From contig JBHHVU010000065.1 of the NCBI GenBank assembly GCA_046754465.1, forward strand, positions 1 through 16,537: a DNA stretch of 16,537 nt. The letters run 5' to 3'. The notes beneath the pieces are model-generated. The model did no database searches, was not told the DNA's origin, and worked only from the letters and a program-made list of their open reading frames with translations. Positions 1 through 8,717 of the stretch are shown piece after piece. Position 1 is the stretch's first letter, and every line of letters starts with the position of its first letter. Source of the DNA: Nitrospinaceae bacterium (GTDB lineage: Bacteria; Nitrospinota; Nitrospinia; Nitrospinales; VA-1). Made by a program: the position numbers and the translations under genes.

Positions 1-30
1 TTGCCGATAAACGGCTTCAAGAACAAGATG

Positions 31-36
31 TATAAT
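31..36 (+). promoter_or_regulatory. Candidate sigma-70 -10 element upstream of pgi
   Basis: Perfect TATAAT at 31-36 in an AT-rich stretch 50 nt before the pgi ATG. No good -35 at 17 bp spacing (TAAACG). SD-like GAAGGGA at 72-78. Confidence 0.45.
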
Positions 37-85
37 CAATAAATGTTTGTCAACTGAATTTTTCCGGGAAAGAAGGGAATGATCC

Positions 86-1414
86 ATGACGGCACTCGAA
101 CTCAATCACGATAACATCAAGCCGCTGGTGACCGATCAGGAAATCCAGGGTCTGCAATCCCGTATCGATGAATTGCACAGCGCCCTGGAAAACGGATCGG
201 GACCTGGGAGCGATTTTCTGGGCTGGCTGCATTTGCCCTCCCGCACCTCGCGGGAGGAATTGCAAACTGTTGAACAAACCGCGGAACGTATCCGCGGCCT
301 TTGCGATGTATTTATCAGTATAGGCATCGGCGGGTCTTACCTTGGGGCGCGGGCGGCGGTCTCCTTCCTCCAACACACTTTCGCCAACCAGCTTCCCCGT
401 GAAAAAAGGAAAAGTCCGGAGGTTTATTTCGCCGGGCATAACCTGAGTTCCGATTATCACGCGGACCTGTTTGATCTGATTGGGGAACGCGACGTCTGCC
501 TGAACGTCATCTCCAAATCGGGAACCACCACCGAACCGGCGCTCGCCTTCCGCCTGCTGAAGGAGATCATGGAAAAAAAGTATGGCGAAGCGGAGGCCAG
601 AAAACGCATTATCGTCACCACGGATAAAGCGAAGGGTGCCCTGAAACAACTGGCGGATGAACAGGGTTACCCGGCCTTCGTGATTCCGGACGACGTCGGC
701 GGCCGCTTTTCGGTGCTCACGCCGGTGGGGTTGCTGCCCATTGCCGTTGCTGGAATCGATATCCGGGAATTGATGGATGGGGCCCGGCATTGGGAAGCCG
801 TGTCCTCCGCCGACTCTGGAATTGAGAAAAATCTCTCCTACCGCTATGCGGGGATCCGACATCTTTTGTACAACAAGGGGAAAACCACGGAAGTCCTCGC
901 CTCGTTTCATCCTTCGCTGTCTTTTATCCAGGAATGGTGGAAGCAACTTTCGGGGGAGAGCGAAGGGAAAAACTCGACGGGAATCTTTCCCGCCTCGGTG
1001 GAATATACCACCGATCTGCATTCCCTCGGCCAATGGGTGCAAGAGGGCAACCGCATCCTTTTCGAGACGTTTCTTGTCGTCGGCGCCTCGGATCGTCAGA
1101 TCGAAATCCCCGCTTTTCAAAAGGATGACGACGGTTTAAACTACCTCGCCGGAAAGACCCTGGACTTTGTCAACGGCAAGGCCTGCCAGGGGACCGCGCT
1201 GGCGCATCGGGAAGGAGGGGTCCCCAACATGACGATCACGATTCGCGGCCGTTCTCCCCGGTCCCTGGGCCAATTGTTCTATTTTTTTGAACGGGCCATC
1301 GCCATGACCGGTTACCTTCAGGGAGTCAACCCGTTCGATCAGCCGGGGGTTGAATTTTACAAGAAAAACATGTTCGCCCTTTTAAATAAACCAGGTTACG
1401 GGAAAGGAAATTGA
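86..1414 (+). CDS. pgi: Glucose-6-phosphate isomerase (short ~450-aa Bacillus-like type)
   Basis: PGI motifs: LGWLHLP, GIGGSYLG, VISKSGTTTE, DDVGGRFSVLT, WWKQLxGESEGK, TDLHSLGQ, NPFDQPGVExYK. Confidence 0.97.
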   Translation: MTALELNHDNIKPLVTDQEIQGLQSRIDELHSALENGSGPGSDFLGWLHLPSRTSREELQTVEQTAERIRGLCDVFISIGIGGSYLGARAAVSFLQHTFANQLPREKRKSPEVYFAGHNLSSDYHADLFDLIGERDVCLNVISKSGTTTEPALAFRLLKEIMEKKYGEAEARKRIIVTTDKAKGALKQLADEQGYPAFVIPDDVGGRFSVLTPVGLLPIAVAGIDIRELMDGARHWEAVSSADSGIEKNLSYRYAGIRHLLYNKGKTTEVLASFHPSLSFIQEWWKQLSGESEGKNSTGIFPASVEYTTDLHSLGQWVQEGNRILFETFLVVGASDRQIEIPAFQKDDDGLNYLAGKTLDFVNGKACQGTALAHREGGVPNMTITIRGRSPRSLGQLFYFFERAIAMTGYLQGVNPFDQPGVEFYKKNMFALLNKPGYGKGN

Positions 1415-1415
1415 A

Positions 1416-2666
1416 ATGAGTACTGTCAGCCAGAAATTGGATGAAGTGATCCACGATATCGCCTTGGAGAAGATAGACAGTGACCGGCCTTCCTTTGAAT
1501 CCAGTGAACCGCTGGCGAAACTTCGGTCCCTGAGAACCGAGTTGTGGATAGATACGGGTGACCTGGAAAAGGCCCGTTCCCTCTGGAAGCGGGAGCTGGA
1601 AGCCCTCACCACCAACAACACGCTCGCCAATCAGGTCGTTCAAACCGGCGTGATGGACGGGGTTATCCGGGAGACCATCGCAAAAATCCGCAAGGAGGTT
1701 TTGGATCTGAGCGAGGAGGATCTGGTCACCGAGATCGGATTCGTCATCAATTGTAAAATCGCCCTGCGTCTGGTGAATGCGTTCAAGGTGAAGGTCAGCG
1801 TGGAACTTCACCCCGCGATGTCGAGGAACATCGAAAAATCCCTTGCGTATGCCAGAAGGTACTACAAGGTGTGTCCGGAATATTTTATCATCAAGATTCC
1901 CTTGACGCCGGAAGGGTTTCTTGCGGTCAGGAAATTGCGCCAGGAGGGTCTTCCCGTCAATTTCACCCTGGGGTTTTCTGCCCGGCAGAACTACCTGGCG
2001 GCCCGCCTTGCCAATCCAACTTACGTCAACGTGTTTCTTGGCCGCCTCAACCAGGTGGTCGTGGACAACGTACTGGGGGACGGCAATCTGGTCGGGGAAA
2101 AAGTGACTCTGGCCACCCAGCGCCATATTGGGGAAGTCCGGAAAAAATTTCCGGAAGTCACGACCAAGTTGATTGGGGCCAGCATCCGCAACGGGGATCA
2201 AGTGGAATTTTTGGCCGGACTGGATGTGCTGACCATTCCCCCCGCCGCCGTTGAACAGTTCGTGAATTCCGGAAAGGATCCGGAGTCCATTGAGAGTCAT
2301 GTGGGCCACGATCAGTCCATTGAACCCGGAATTGACAACGGCCAGCCCCAGGCCTCGCGGTTTCCTACGCTTTGGGAGGTTCCCGATACCTTCAAGCAAT
2401 TCGTCGATTCCCTGCTGGGCCGGGTCCGGGAAGGTGATATTTCCGGGGAAGAACTCGCGGCGTATTGCGGGGAGAAGGGGATCGATCTTTTCCACCCGTT
2501 TTCGCGGGAAGATCTCGCGAAAATCACCGATCACGGGAAAATACCCCGGTTGGCCGACTGGCCGGAAACAGTGGCGCTGGACGACCTGATGACCCAATCC
2601 GCGCTACAGTCGTTTGCCAAGGACCAGAAAGCTCTGGATGAACGAATCCGGTCGTTCCTGGATTGA
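1416..2666 (+). CDS. tal: Transaldolase-family protein with N- and C-terminal extensions
   Basis: LWIDTGD (D46), LTTNN, VSVEL (E130), IKIPLTPEG (Schiff-base K160), VNFTLGFS, YVNVFLGRL, IGASIR, LTIPP. Starts 1 nt after the pgi stop. Confidence 0.85.
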   Translation: MSTVSQKLDEVIHDIALEKIDSDRPSFESSEPLAKLRSLRTELWIDTGDLEKARSLWKRELEALTTNNTLANQVVQTGVMDGVIRETIAKIRKEVLDLSEEDLVTEIGFVINCKIALRLVNAFKVKVSVELHPAMSRNIEKSLAYARRYYKVCPEYFIIKIPLTPEGFLAVRKLRQEGLPVNFTLGFSARQNYLAARLANPTYVNVFLGRLNQVVVDNVLGDGNLVGEKVTLATQRHIGEVRKKFPEVTTKLIGASIRNGDQVEFLAGLDVLTIPPAAVEQFVNSGKDPESIESHVGHDQSIEPGIDNGQPQASRFPTLWEVPDTFKQFVDSLLGRVREGDISGEELAAYCGEKGIDLFHPFSREDLAKITDHGKIPRLADWPETVALDDLMTQSALQSFAKDQKALDERIRSFLD

Positions 2667-2703
2667 TTGCCGGGGACCCAAAAAGCATCGTACGAGGGAT
2701 TGA

Positions 2704-3693
2704 ATGATTTTAGCGGGCGATATCGGCGGAACCAAAGTTAACCTGGCGCTGTTTCAGGAGAAGGACGGCCGCCTGGAGCGGAGGGACGACGCCAAATACG
2801 AGAGCCGGAAATTCTCCGGGTTGGAGGAAATTCTGGAGGATTATTGTAAACAAACTCAACCTGCGCTGGAACGGGCCGGATTCGGCATTGCCGGTCCGGT
2901 GAAGGATGGAAAATGCGAAGTCACCAACCTGCCCTGGAGCGTGGATGCAAACCATTTGAAGGGTCGTTTGGATCTGGATGCGGTCTGGTTGATCAACGAC
3001 CTTGCCGCGACGGCGTGCGCCGTCCCCTTTCTCGGTTCCCAAGAGGTGGAAGTGCTGCAGGCGGGAACCGGGGAGGCGGACCAGCGGGTCGCCGTCCTGG
3101 CGGCGGGGACCGGACTGGGAGAAGCCTTTCTTTTGCCCGAGGGCAACGGACGTTACCGCATCCTGGACTCCGAGGGCGGGCACTGCGATTTCGCTCCCCG
3201 AACCAAAACTGAATCGGACCTGCTCCTGTATCTCATCGAGAAATTCGGCCGCGCCAGCATCGAGCGGATTTTGTCCGGACCCGGTCTGTCCAATCTCTAC
3301 CAGTTCGTGAAGGGATATTTCGATATTGCCGAACCCGCCTGGCTGACGCGCGAATTTCGGGAGGGGGACGCTGGCGAGGTGATCACCCGAAACGGTCTGG
3401 CCCATAAATCGCCCGCGTGTGAGAGGGCGCTGGATCTTTTCGTATCCATCTACGGGGCCGTGGCCGGTAACCTGGCCTTGCAATTCCTGACCGGTGGAGG
3501 AGTCTTTATCGGAGGAGGCATCGCCCCGAAAATCATCTCCCTGATGAAAAACGGTTCCTTCCTGTCCTCTTTTCTTTCCAAGGGGCGGTTCCAATCCTAC
3601 ATGTCCCGCGTGCCCGTCAAAGTGATCCTCAATGATAAGGCGGCTCTTCTGGGCGTGGCCCATTATGCGATCGGTCAAAAATTCGTGCGTTGA
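2704..3693 (+). CDS. glk: Glucokinase (Glk family, E. coli type)
   Basis: ILAGDIGGTK, GIAGPV, TNLPW, IND, AGTGLG, SEGGH, ERILSGPGL, GGVFIGGGIAPKI, KGRF. SD GAGGG upstream. Confidence 0.96.
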   Translation: MILAGDIGGTKVNLALFQEKDGRLERRDDAKYESRKFSGLEEILEDYCKQTQPALERAGFGIAGPVKDGKCEVTNLPWSVDANHLKGRLDLDAVWLINDLAATACAVPFLGSQEVEVLQAGTGEADQRVAVLAAGTGLGEAFLLPEGNGRYRILDSEGGHCDFAPRTKTESDLLLYLIEKFGRASIERILSGPGLSNLYQFVKGYFDIAEPAWLTREFREGDAGEVITRNGLAHKSPACERALDLFVSIYGAVAGNLALQFLTGGGVFIGGGIAPKIISLMKNGSFLSSFLSKGRFQSYMSRVPVKVILNDKAALLGVAHYAIGQKFVR

Positions 3694-3718
3694 TGTTGGT
3701 TTTTATTCGCGGTATGAT
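3690..3718 (+). promoter_or_regulatory. Sigma-70-type promoter for argG
   Basis: TTGATG (3690-3695, overlapping the glk stop), 17-nt spacer, TATGAT (3713-3718). Confidence 0.55.
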
Positions 3719-3805
3719 ACCCCCCTCAAAAACGGGAGCGGGCCCCAGCCGTTCCCTAAAGGGTACCACCCAAAGCGTTTATTATTTTGTGAATGAAGGT
3801 AGAGA

Positions 3806-5014
3806 ATGGATACCAGGTTAAAAAAAATTGTTTTGGCCTATTCTGGCGGATTGGACACCTCGGTGATCATCCTATGGCTCAAGGAAAAATACGATTGCGA
3901 AATCATCGCGTTTTCCGCCGATGTGGGCCAGGGGGAAGAACTGGAACCGGTCCGCGAAAAGGCGCTGGCAACCGGGGCCTCGAAAGTTTATATCGAAGAT
4001 CTGCAAGAGGAGTTCGTGAGGGATTTCGTGTTTCCCATGCTTCGCGCCAACGCCTTTTACGAGAACAACTATCTATTGGGGACATCCATCGCGCGTCCCC
4101 TGATCGCGAAAGAACAGATTCGCATCGCGGTCAAGGAGGGGGCCGACGGCGTGGCGCATGGAGCCACGGGAAAGGGCAACGACCAAGTCCGGTTCGAACT
4201 GGCCTACCAGACCCTCAATCCGCATATCAAGGTCATCGCCCCTTGGCGGCATTGGGATCTCAACTCCCGGTCCGCCCTTTTGGACTATGCGAAAAAGCAT
4301 GGCATCCCCGTTCCGGTGACCCGGGACAAACCTTACAGCATGGATCGAAATCTGTTCCATGTCAGTTATGAAGGGGGCGTTCTGGAAGATCCCTGGTACC
4401 CGCCGAATGAAGACATGTTTTTGTCGACCGTGTCGCCCGAGCGGGCTCCGGACCGCCCGGTCACTCTGGAAATTGAATATGAAAAGGGAGACCCAGTGGC
4501 AATCGACGGGGAACGAATGAGTCCCGCCACGATCCTGGCGCGGTTGAACGAATATGGCGGAAAACACGGGATCGGCCGGATCGATATCGTGGAAAACCGC
4601 TTCGTCGGAATCAAGTCCCGCGGTGTCTACGAGACCCCGGGCGGAACCATTCTTCATGCCGCCCACCGGGCGGTCGAATCCGTTACCCTGGACCGGGAAG
4701 TCCTGTTCCTGCGCGATTCGCTCATTCCCGCCTACGCCCGGGTCATTTACAATGGTTTTTGGTTTTCCCCGGAACGGGAATTGATGCAGAAGCTCATCGA
4801 TGAGTCGCAGAGACATGTTTCCGGAACCGTTCGTTTGAAACTGTACAAGGGCAATTGCACGGTGACGGGCCGCAAGGCGGTGAAATCCCTTTACGATCCC
4901 AATCTGGCGACTTTCGAAGAAGACGACGGCTACCGGCAGGATGACGCGGAAGGTTTTATCCGTCTCAATGCCCTGAGATTGAAAATTTTCTCGGAGACTT
5001 TTGGAAAGGACTGA
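3806..5014 (+). CDS. argG: Argininosuccinate synthase
   Basis: [57 protein letters not shown]. Confidence 0.98.
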   Translation: MDTRLKKIVLAYSGGLDTSVIILWLKEKYDCEIIAFSADVGQGEELEPVREKALATGASKVYIEDLQEEFVRDFVFPMLRANAFYENNYLLGTSIARPLIAKEQIRIAVKEGADGVAHGATGKGNDQVRFELAYQTLNPHIKVIAPWRHWDLNSRSALLDYAKKHGIPVPVTRDKPYSMDRNLFHVSYEGGVLEDPWYPPNEDMFLSTVSPERAPDRPVTLEIEYEKGDPVAIDGERMSPATILARLNEYGGKHGIGRIDIVENRFVGIKSRGVYETPGGTILHAAHRAVESVTLDREVLFLRDSLIPAYARVIYNGFWFSPERELMQKLIDESQRHVSGTVRLKLYKGNCTVTGRKAVKSLYDPNLATFEEDDGYRQDDAEGFIRLNALRLKIFSETFGKD

Positions 5015-5137
5015 CACCCCCACACGTATATTCATGAGGATCTCCTTCCAGCGTTTCGAATGTTTCCACGGTCCCAATGATTGCGAATCCTCCAAAAACC
5101 GTGCTCCCGATATTCACTTGGCCCCAACCGCGGTCAC

Positions 5138-5166
5138 TTGATTTGGTTCTGTTTTCAGAGTATAAA
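5138..5166 (+). promoter_or_regulatory. Sigma-70-type promoter for the response regulator gene
   Basis: TTGATT (5138-5143), 17-nt spacer, TATAAA (5161-5166), ending 8 nt before the ATG at 5175. Confidence 0.55.
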
Positions 5167-5174
5167 AAATTGCT

Positions 5175-6569
5175 ATGAATTCGATTCTGGTGGTGGATGA
5201 CGAAAAGAGTTTGCGCGATTTCCTGACCATCATGCTGGAGAATGAAGGTTACGAAGTCCAGACCGCCGAGAGCGGCGAAAAGGCGGTGGATCTGATCCAT
5301 GAAAGGGCCTTCGATCTGGTCATCACGGATTATCGAATGCGCGAGGCCAACGGCATCGAAGTTTTGGAGGCCGTGAAGCGGAACCACGCCAGCATTCCCG
5401 TGGTGTTGATGACCGCCTACGCCTCCGCCGAAACCGCCGTCGAAGCGATGAAAAAGGGGGCATACGATTATATATCCAAACCCTTTAAAATTGAGGACCT
5501 CCAGCTCATCATCAAGAATGCCGTCGAAAAAAAAAGGCTATCCGATGAGAACCTCCACCTCAAATCCGAACTCAATGAGAAATTCGGATTCACCAACATC
5601 GTCGGCAACAGTCCGGCGATGCAGAAAGTTTTCCGGCTTATCGAAAAAGTGTCTCACAGCAGCGCCACGGTACTGATCACCGGGGAAAGCGGCACGGGGA
5701 AGGAACTGGTGGCCCGGGCCATTCATTACAACGGCGCAAGGAAAAATTATCCCTTTGTATCCATCAATTGCGGGGCAGTTCCCGGCGATCTTTTGGAAAG
5801 CGAATTGTTCGGCCACGAAAAGGGGGCTTTTACCAGCGCCGAATCCGTTAAAATCGGATTGATGGAATCTGCTAATAAGGGCTCATTTTTTCTGGATGAG
5901 GTTGGCGAGGCCCCGATGGGCATCCAGGTTAAATTGCTGCGGGTTCTTCAGGAAAGGGAATTCACCCGCGTGGGGGGTACCCGGCCGATACAGATCGATC
6001 TCAGGATCATCGCGGCGTCCAACCTCAACCTCGGCAAATCTGTCAAGAATAAAACCTTCCGGGAGGATCTTTACTACCGGTTGAACGTCATTCCCATCCA
6101 ACTGCCTCCCCTGCGTGAAAGAAAAGAGGATATTCCCCCGCTCCTCGATCACTTTATCCGGAAATACAATGCGGAACGCCGCAATAAACCCAAAATTCAG
6201 ACCGTGCGGCCGGAGGCCCTGAGCATTCTTGAAAAATATGGTTGGCCGGGAAACGTCCGGGAACTGGAAAATGTGGTCGAACGGGCCGTCGTCCTGGAAA
6301 ACGGGGACGAGATCCGGGTTTCCAGTCTGCCCGATGAGATCACCACCCCCTCCACCCTCGCGGGAGAACGGTTTCCCTCATTGGACCACAAACCGATCGA
6401 TCTGGAAAAGACACTCGATCAGATTGAAAAAGACATGATCCGGGGCGCCCTGGACCAGGCCAATGGAATTATCATTAAAGCCGCCAAGCAACTCAATTTG
6501 AGCTTCCGTTCCATGAGATACCGTATTCAGAAACACAAACTCAAGGGGAAAATAAAATCCGGGGAATGA
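5175..6569 (+). CDS. Sigma-54-dependent response regulator (REC - AAA+ - Fis HTH), PilR/NtrC-like
   Basis: Receiver ILVVDDE...DLVITD...MTAY...KPF. Walker A GESGTGKE, ESELFGHEKGAFTSA, Walker B FFLDEVGE, FREDLYYRLNV, WPGNVRELEN. HTH AAKQLNLSFRSMRYR resembles the PilR C-terminal signature. Confidence 0.95.
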   Translation: MNSILVVDDEKSLRDFLTIMLENEGYEVQTAESGEKAVDLIHERAFDLVITDYRMREANGIEVLEAVKRNHASIPVVLMTAYASAETAVEAMKKGAYDYISKPFKIEDLQLIIKNAVEKKRLSDENLHLKSELNEKFGFTNIVGNSPAMQKVFRLIEKVSHSSATVLITGESGTGKELVARAIHYNGARKNYPFVSINCGAVPGDLLESELFGHEKGAFTSAESVKIGLMESANKGSFFLDEVGEAPMGIQVKLLRVLQEREFTRVGGTRPIQIDLRIIAASNLNLGKSVKNKTFREDLYYRLNVIPIQLPPLRERKEDIPPLLDHFIRKYNAERRNKPKIQTVRPEALSILEKYGWPGNVRELENVVERAVVLENGDEIRVSSLPDEITTPSTLAGERFPSLDHKPIDLEKTLDQIEKDMIRGALDQANGIIIKAAKQLNLSFRSMRYRIQKHKLKGKIKSGE

Positions 6570-6652
6570 TTATACCGGCCGCCCGGTTCCTCCCTTATAA
6601 TCCTTTACCCGTAGCACGCCCGATGCCGATTCCAATGCGTTCATCAGGAAAA

Positions 6653-8662
6653 ATGAATCTGAGACCCACCCCCGTTTGCCGGGGCCGCCTTAAAGGGAGG
6701 GTTCTGGCCGTAGGTCTGATGATTCTGTTTGCGGTCAATCCGGGGGAGGCGGCGGACCGCGGCAACCCGCCACGGACCTCCGTCGACCTGTTCCAACAGG
6801 CGGAATATCAGTATCGGTCCGATCACTTGATCGAGGCGAAGTTGTTTTACCAGATGTATTTCGAACAGCAGCCCGAGGGCCGGTTTGCTGAAAGGGCGCT
6901 TTTCCGGCTGGGGCAAATCGATCAGAGAAGCGGTTCGTGTTCCACCGCGTTGAAGTTTTACGAAATGTTTTTAAGCGAGTATCCCCGTTCCCCGATGCGG
7001 GAAGATGTCCGCATCGATATGGGGGAATGTTATTTTGAGTTGGGCCGGTACGATGAGTCGGAAAAAAACTTTCGTCAGGTCATGAAATACCACCCCAACA
7101 TGAAGATGCGCTGGCAGGCGCTCTACGATTTGGCCCGATTGGAAGAACGGCGCCAGGATTACCCCGCCGCGCTGGTCAAACTCAAAAAGGTTTACGAACA
7201 GGACACCAATCAGGAAGCCAAGAATTTCGCGGTTCAACTGACCGAGAGGATCATCGGCGAGAAGCTGGAACGGCAAGCCGTGATTTCACTGATCAACCAG
7301 TTTGTCACGGGTTTCCCGGTGGACCGGCTTCTCTTCAAGCTGGTTTCGATCTACCGTTGGGAGAGGGACCTCGAAAACTATCAATCGGCCTTGCTGGAAT
7401 TGATTCGCCGGTTTCCCGGCCATGCTCAAAAACCGGAAATCGAAAAACTTCTGAAACAGGTGGAAAAGAATCCCGGTCGGATCCTGAAATTGGGCGTGGT
7501 ATTGCCTTTAACCGGGAAACTGGCCGTGACCGGACAGCAGGTTTTGCAAGGGATTCAACTGGCCGTTCATCAAATGGACCTTCCAGAGGGCCATAAACTG
7601 GAACTGATCGTCGAGGATTCGGCGGCGGGCCGGCCCGTCGATCAGGTGGTGGAGGAACTCGCCACCAACCCCAATGTCGTGGGTATCCTGGGTCCGGTAT
7701 TGAGCGACGAAATCCGGGAAATCGTTCCCATCGTGGAAAAATACCAGGTTCCGGTATTCACCCCCACCGCCTCGGCCCAAGGTTTGCCGGAGTTGAGTCC
7801 CTGGATTTTTCGCAACGCCCTCACCCGGGAAATCCAAGCCAGGTTTCTGGCCAGGTATTCCATCAATAAATTGCATGTGCGCCGGGTGGCAATTCTTTAC
7901 CCCCTGGAAACGTTCGGAATAGAAATGCGGGATGCGTTCGCGAAGGAATTCGAGTCGCTGGGCGGGGAAGTGGTGACCTCGGTGGCCTATGAACGGTCGC
8001 AAACCGATTTCAAACCGCAGATTCTTGAACTGGGGGGAGTCGCCGACGACCAGTTGAAAAAGCTCACGCGCGAATATTTCCTCGGAGAGCAGGATAACGT
8101 TGGATTCGGCCAGGAAGGAGTTCTGTCGAGGCCAGCCGTGGATATGGGATTGTGGAACAACGGCGACATTGAAGATCTCAAGGCTTCCCTGGAGTTGAGT
8201 TATGATGCCATTTTCATTCCCGGATTTTATGACAAAGTGAGCCTCATCGTCCCCCAGCTGGTTTTTTATAATATCGACCGGGTTACCTTGCTGGGCGGGA
8301 ACGGGTGGAACTCTCCCGAACTGCTCAAGACGGTCGGGAAGTATATCCAAACCGGATTTCTGGTGGACGGATTTTTCGCCGGTTCTCCGGATCCGGAAGT
8401 CAGGAAATTCGTGAAAATGTTTAAAAATAATTTTGGCAAGGAGCCTACGATTCATGCCGCCCAGGCCTATGATAGCGCCCGAATGGTCATCGGCCTGATC
8501 CTTAAAGGCGCGGACAACCGGAAAAAGATCCAGAAGCGGTTATACACCATACACGGCTTCCAAGGCGTTTCCGGGACCACGACGATCCTTCCATCCGGGG
8601 ATTCTGAAAAAAAACTGTTTGCCCTGAAAATCAAAGGAAGGAAATTTGTTCAGGCGAATTGA
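6653..8662 (+). CDS. Exported TPR + type-I periplasmic-binding-fold protein (LpoA-like penicillin-binding protein activator / LivJ-like)
   Basis: Signal peptide (...RVLAVGLMILFAVNPGEA|A). Several BamD/CpoB-like TPRs (AERALFRLGQ, DMGECYFELGRYDES, ALYDLARLE). Then KLGVVLPLTGK...GQQVLQGIQLA, GILGP, RRVAILYP, TDFKPQI, DAIFIPG, AAQAYDSA, FQGVSG. The ORF opens at 6566 (ATGA overlap with the upstream gene); ATG 6653 is preferred because of AGGA at 6646-6649 and signal-peptide geometry. Confidence 0.8.
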   Translation: MNLRPTPVCRGRLKGRVLAVGLMILFAVNPGEAADRGNPPRTSVDLFQQAEYQYRSDHLIEAKLFYQMYFEQQPEGRFAERALFRLGQIDQRSGSCSTALKFYEMFLSEYPRSPMREDVRIDMGECYFELGRYDESEKNFRQVMKYHPNMKMRWQALYDLARLEERRQDYPAALVKLKKVYEQDTNQEAKNFAVQLTERIIGEKLERQAVISLINQFVTGFPVDRLLFKLVSIYRWERDLENYQSALLELIRRFPGHAQKPEIEKLLKQVEKNPGRILKLGVVLPLTGKLAVTGQQVLQGIQLAVHQMDLPEGHKLELIVEDSAAGRPVDQVVEELATNPNVVGILGPVLSDEIREIVPIVEKYQVPVFTPTASAQGLPELSPWIFRNALTREIQARFLARYSINKLHVRRVAILYPLETFGIEMRDAFAKEFESLGGEVVTSVAYERSQTDFKPQILELGGVADDQLKKLTREYFLGEQDNVGFGQEGVLSRPAVDMGLWNNGDIEDLKASLELSYDAIFIPGFYDKVSLIVPQLVFYNIDRVTLLGGNGWNSPELLKTVGKYIQTGFLVDGFFAGSPDPEVRKFVKMFKNNFGKEPTIHAAQAYDSARMVIGLILKGADNRKKIQKRLYTIHGFQGVSGTTTILPSGDSEKKLFALKIKGRKFVQAN

Positions 8663-8717
8663 CCGGTCGGGAAGGGTGGGTTGCTGGCCGCTCGCCCGGC
8701 AAGGCTCCGGCAGGGAG

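Noticed and set aside
3780..3805. ArgR ARG box upstream of argG
   Set aside because: Only a TGAAT half-site is present, with no matching ATTCA arm or tandem second box.
50..5095. Long antisense ORFs (50-1120, 1326-2597, 2710-3678, 4073-5095)
   Set aside because: They mirror well-supported pgi, tal, glk and argG and carry no recognisable motifs. Such shadow ORFs are expected from codon bias in GC-rich genes.
5140..5174. Sigma-54 -24/-12 promoter at TTGCT before the regulator
   Set aside because: No GG at the required distance upstream of the GC.
5527..5535. A9 run in the regulator (also A8 near 8607 and T8 near 11062) as phase-variation or frameshift sites
   Set aside because: The frames are intact, the runs encode ordinary Lys-rich segments, and no alternate-frame product is evident.
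6566..6652. Longer N-terminus for the LpoA-like CDS starting at the ATGA overlap
   Set aside because: It would put a Pro-rich 29-aa stretch ahead of the signal peptide. ATG 6653 has an AGGA SD and a TATAAT lies at 6596-6601. Not excluded, but less likely.
8663..8717. Bidirectional terminator between the convergent LpoA-like gene and mrcA
   Set aside because: Only an imperfect GC-rich fold with no U-tract on either strand, too weak to call.
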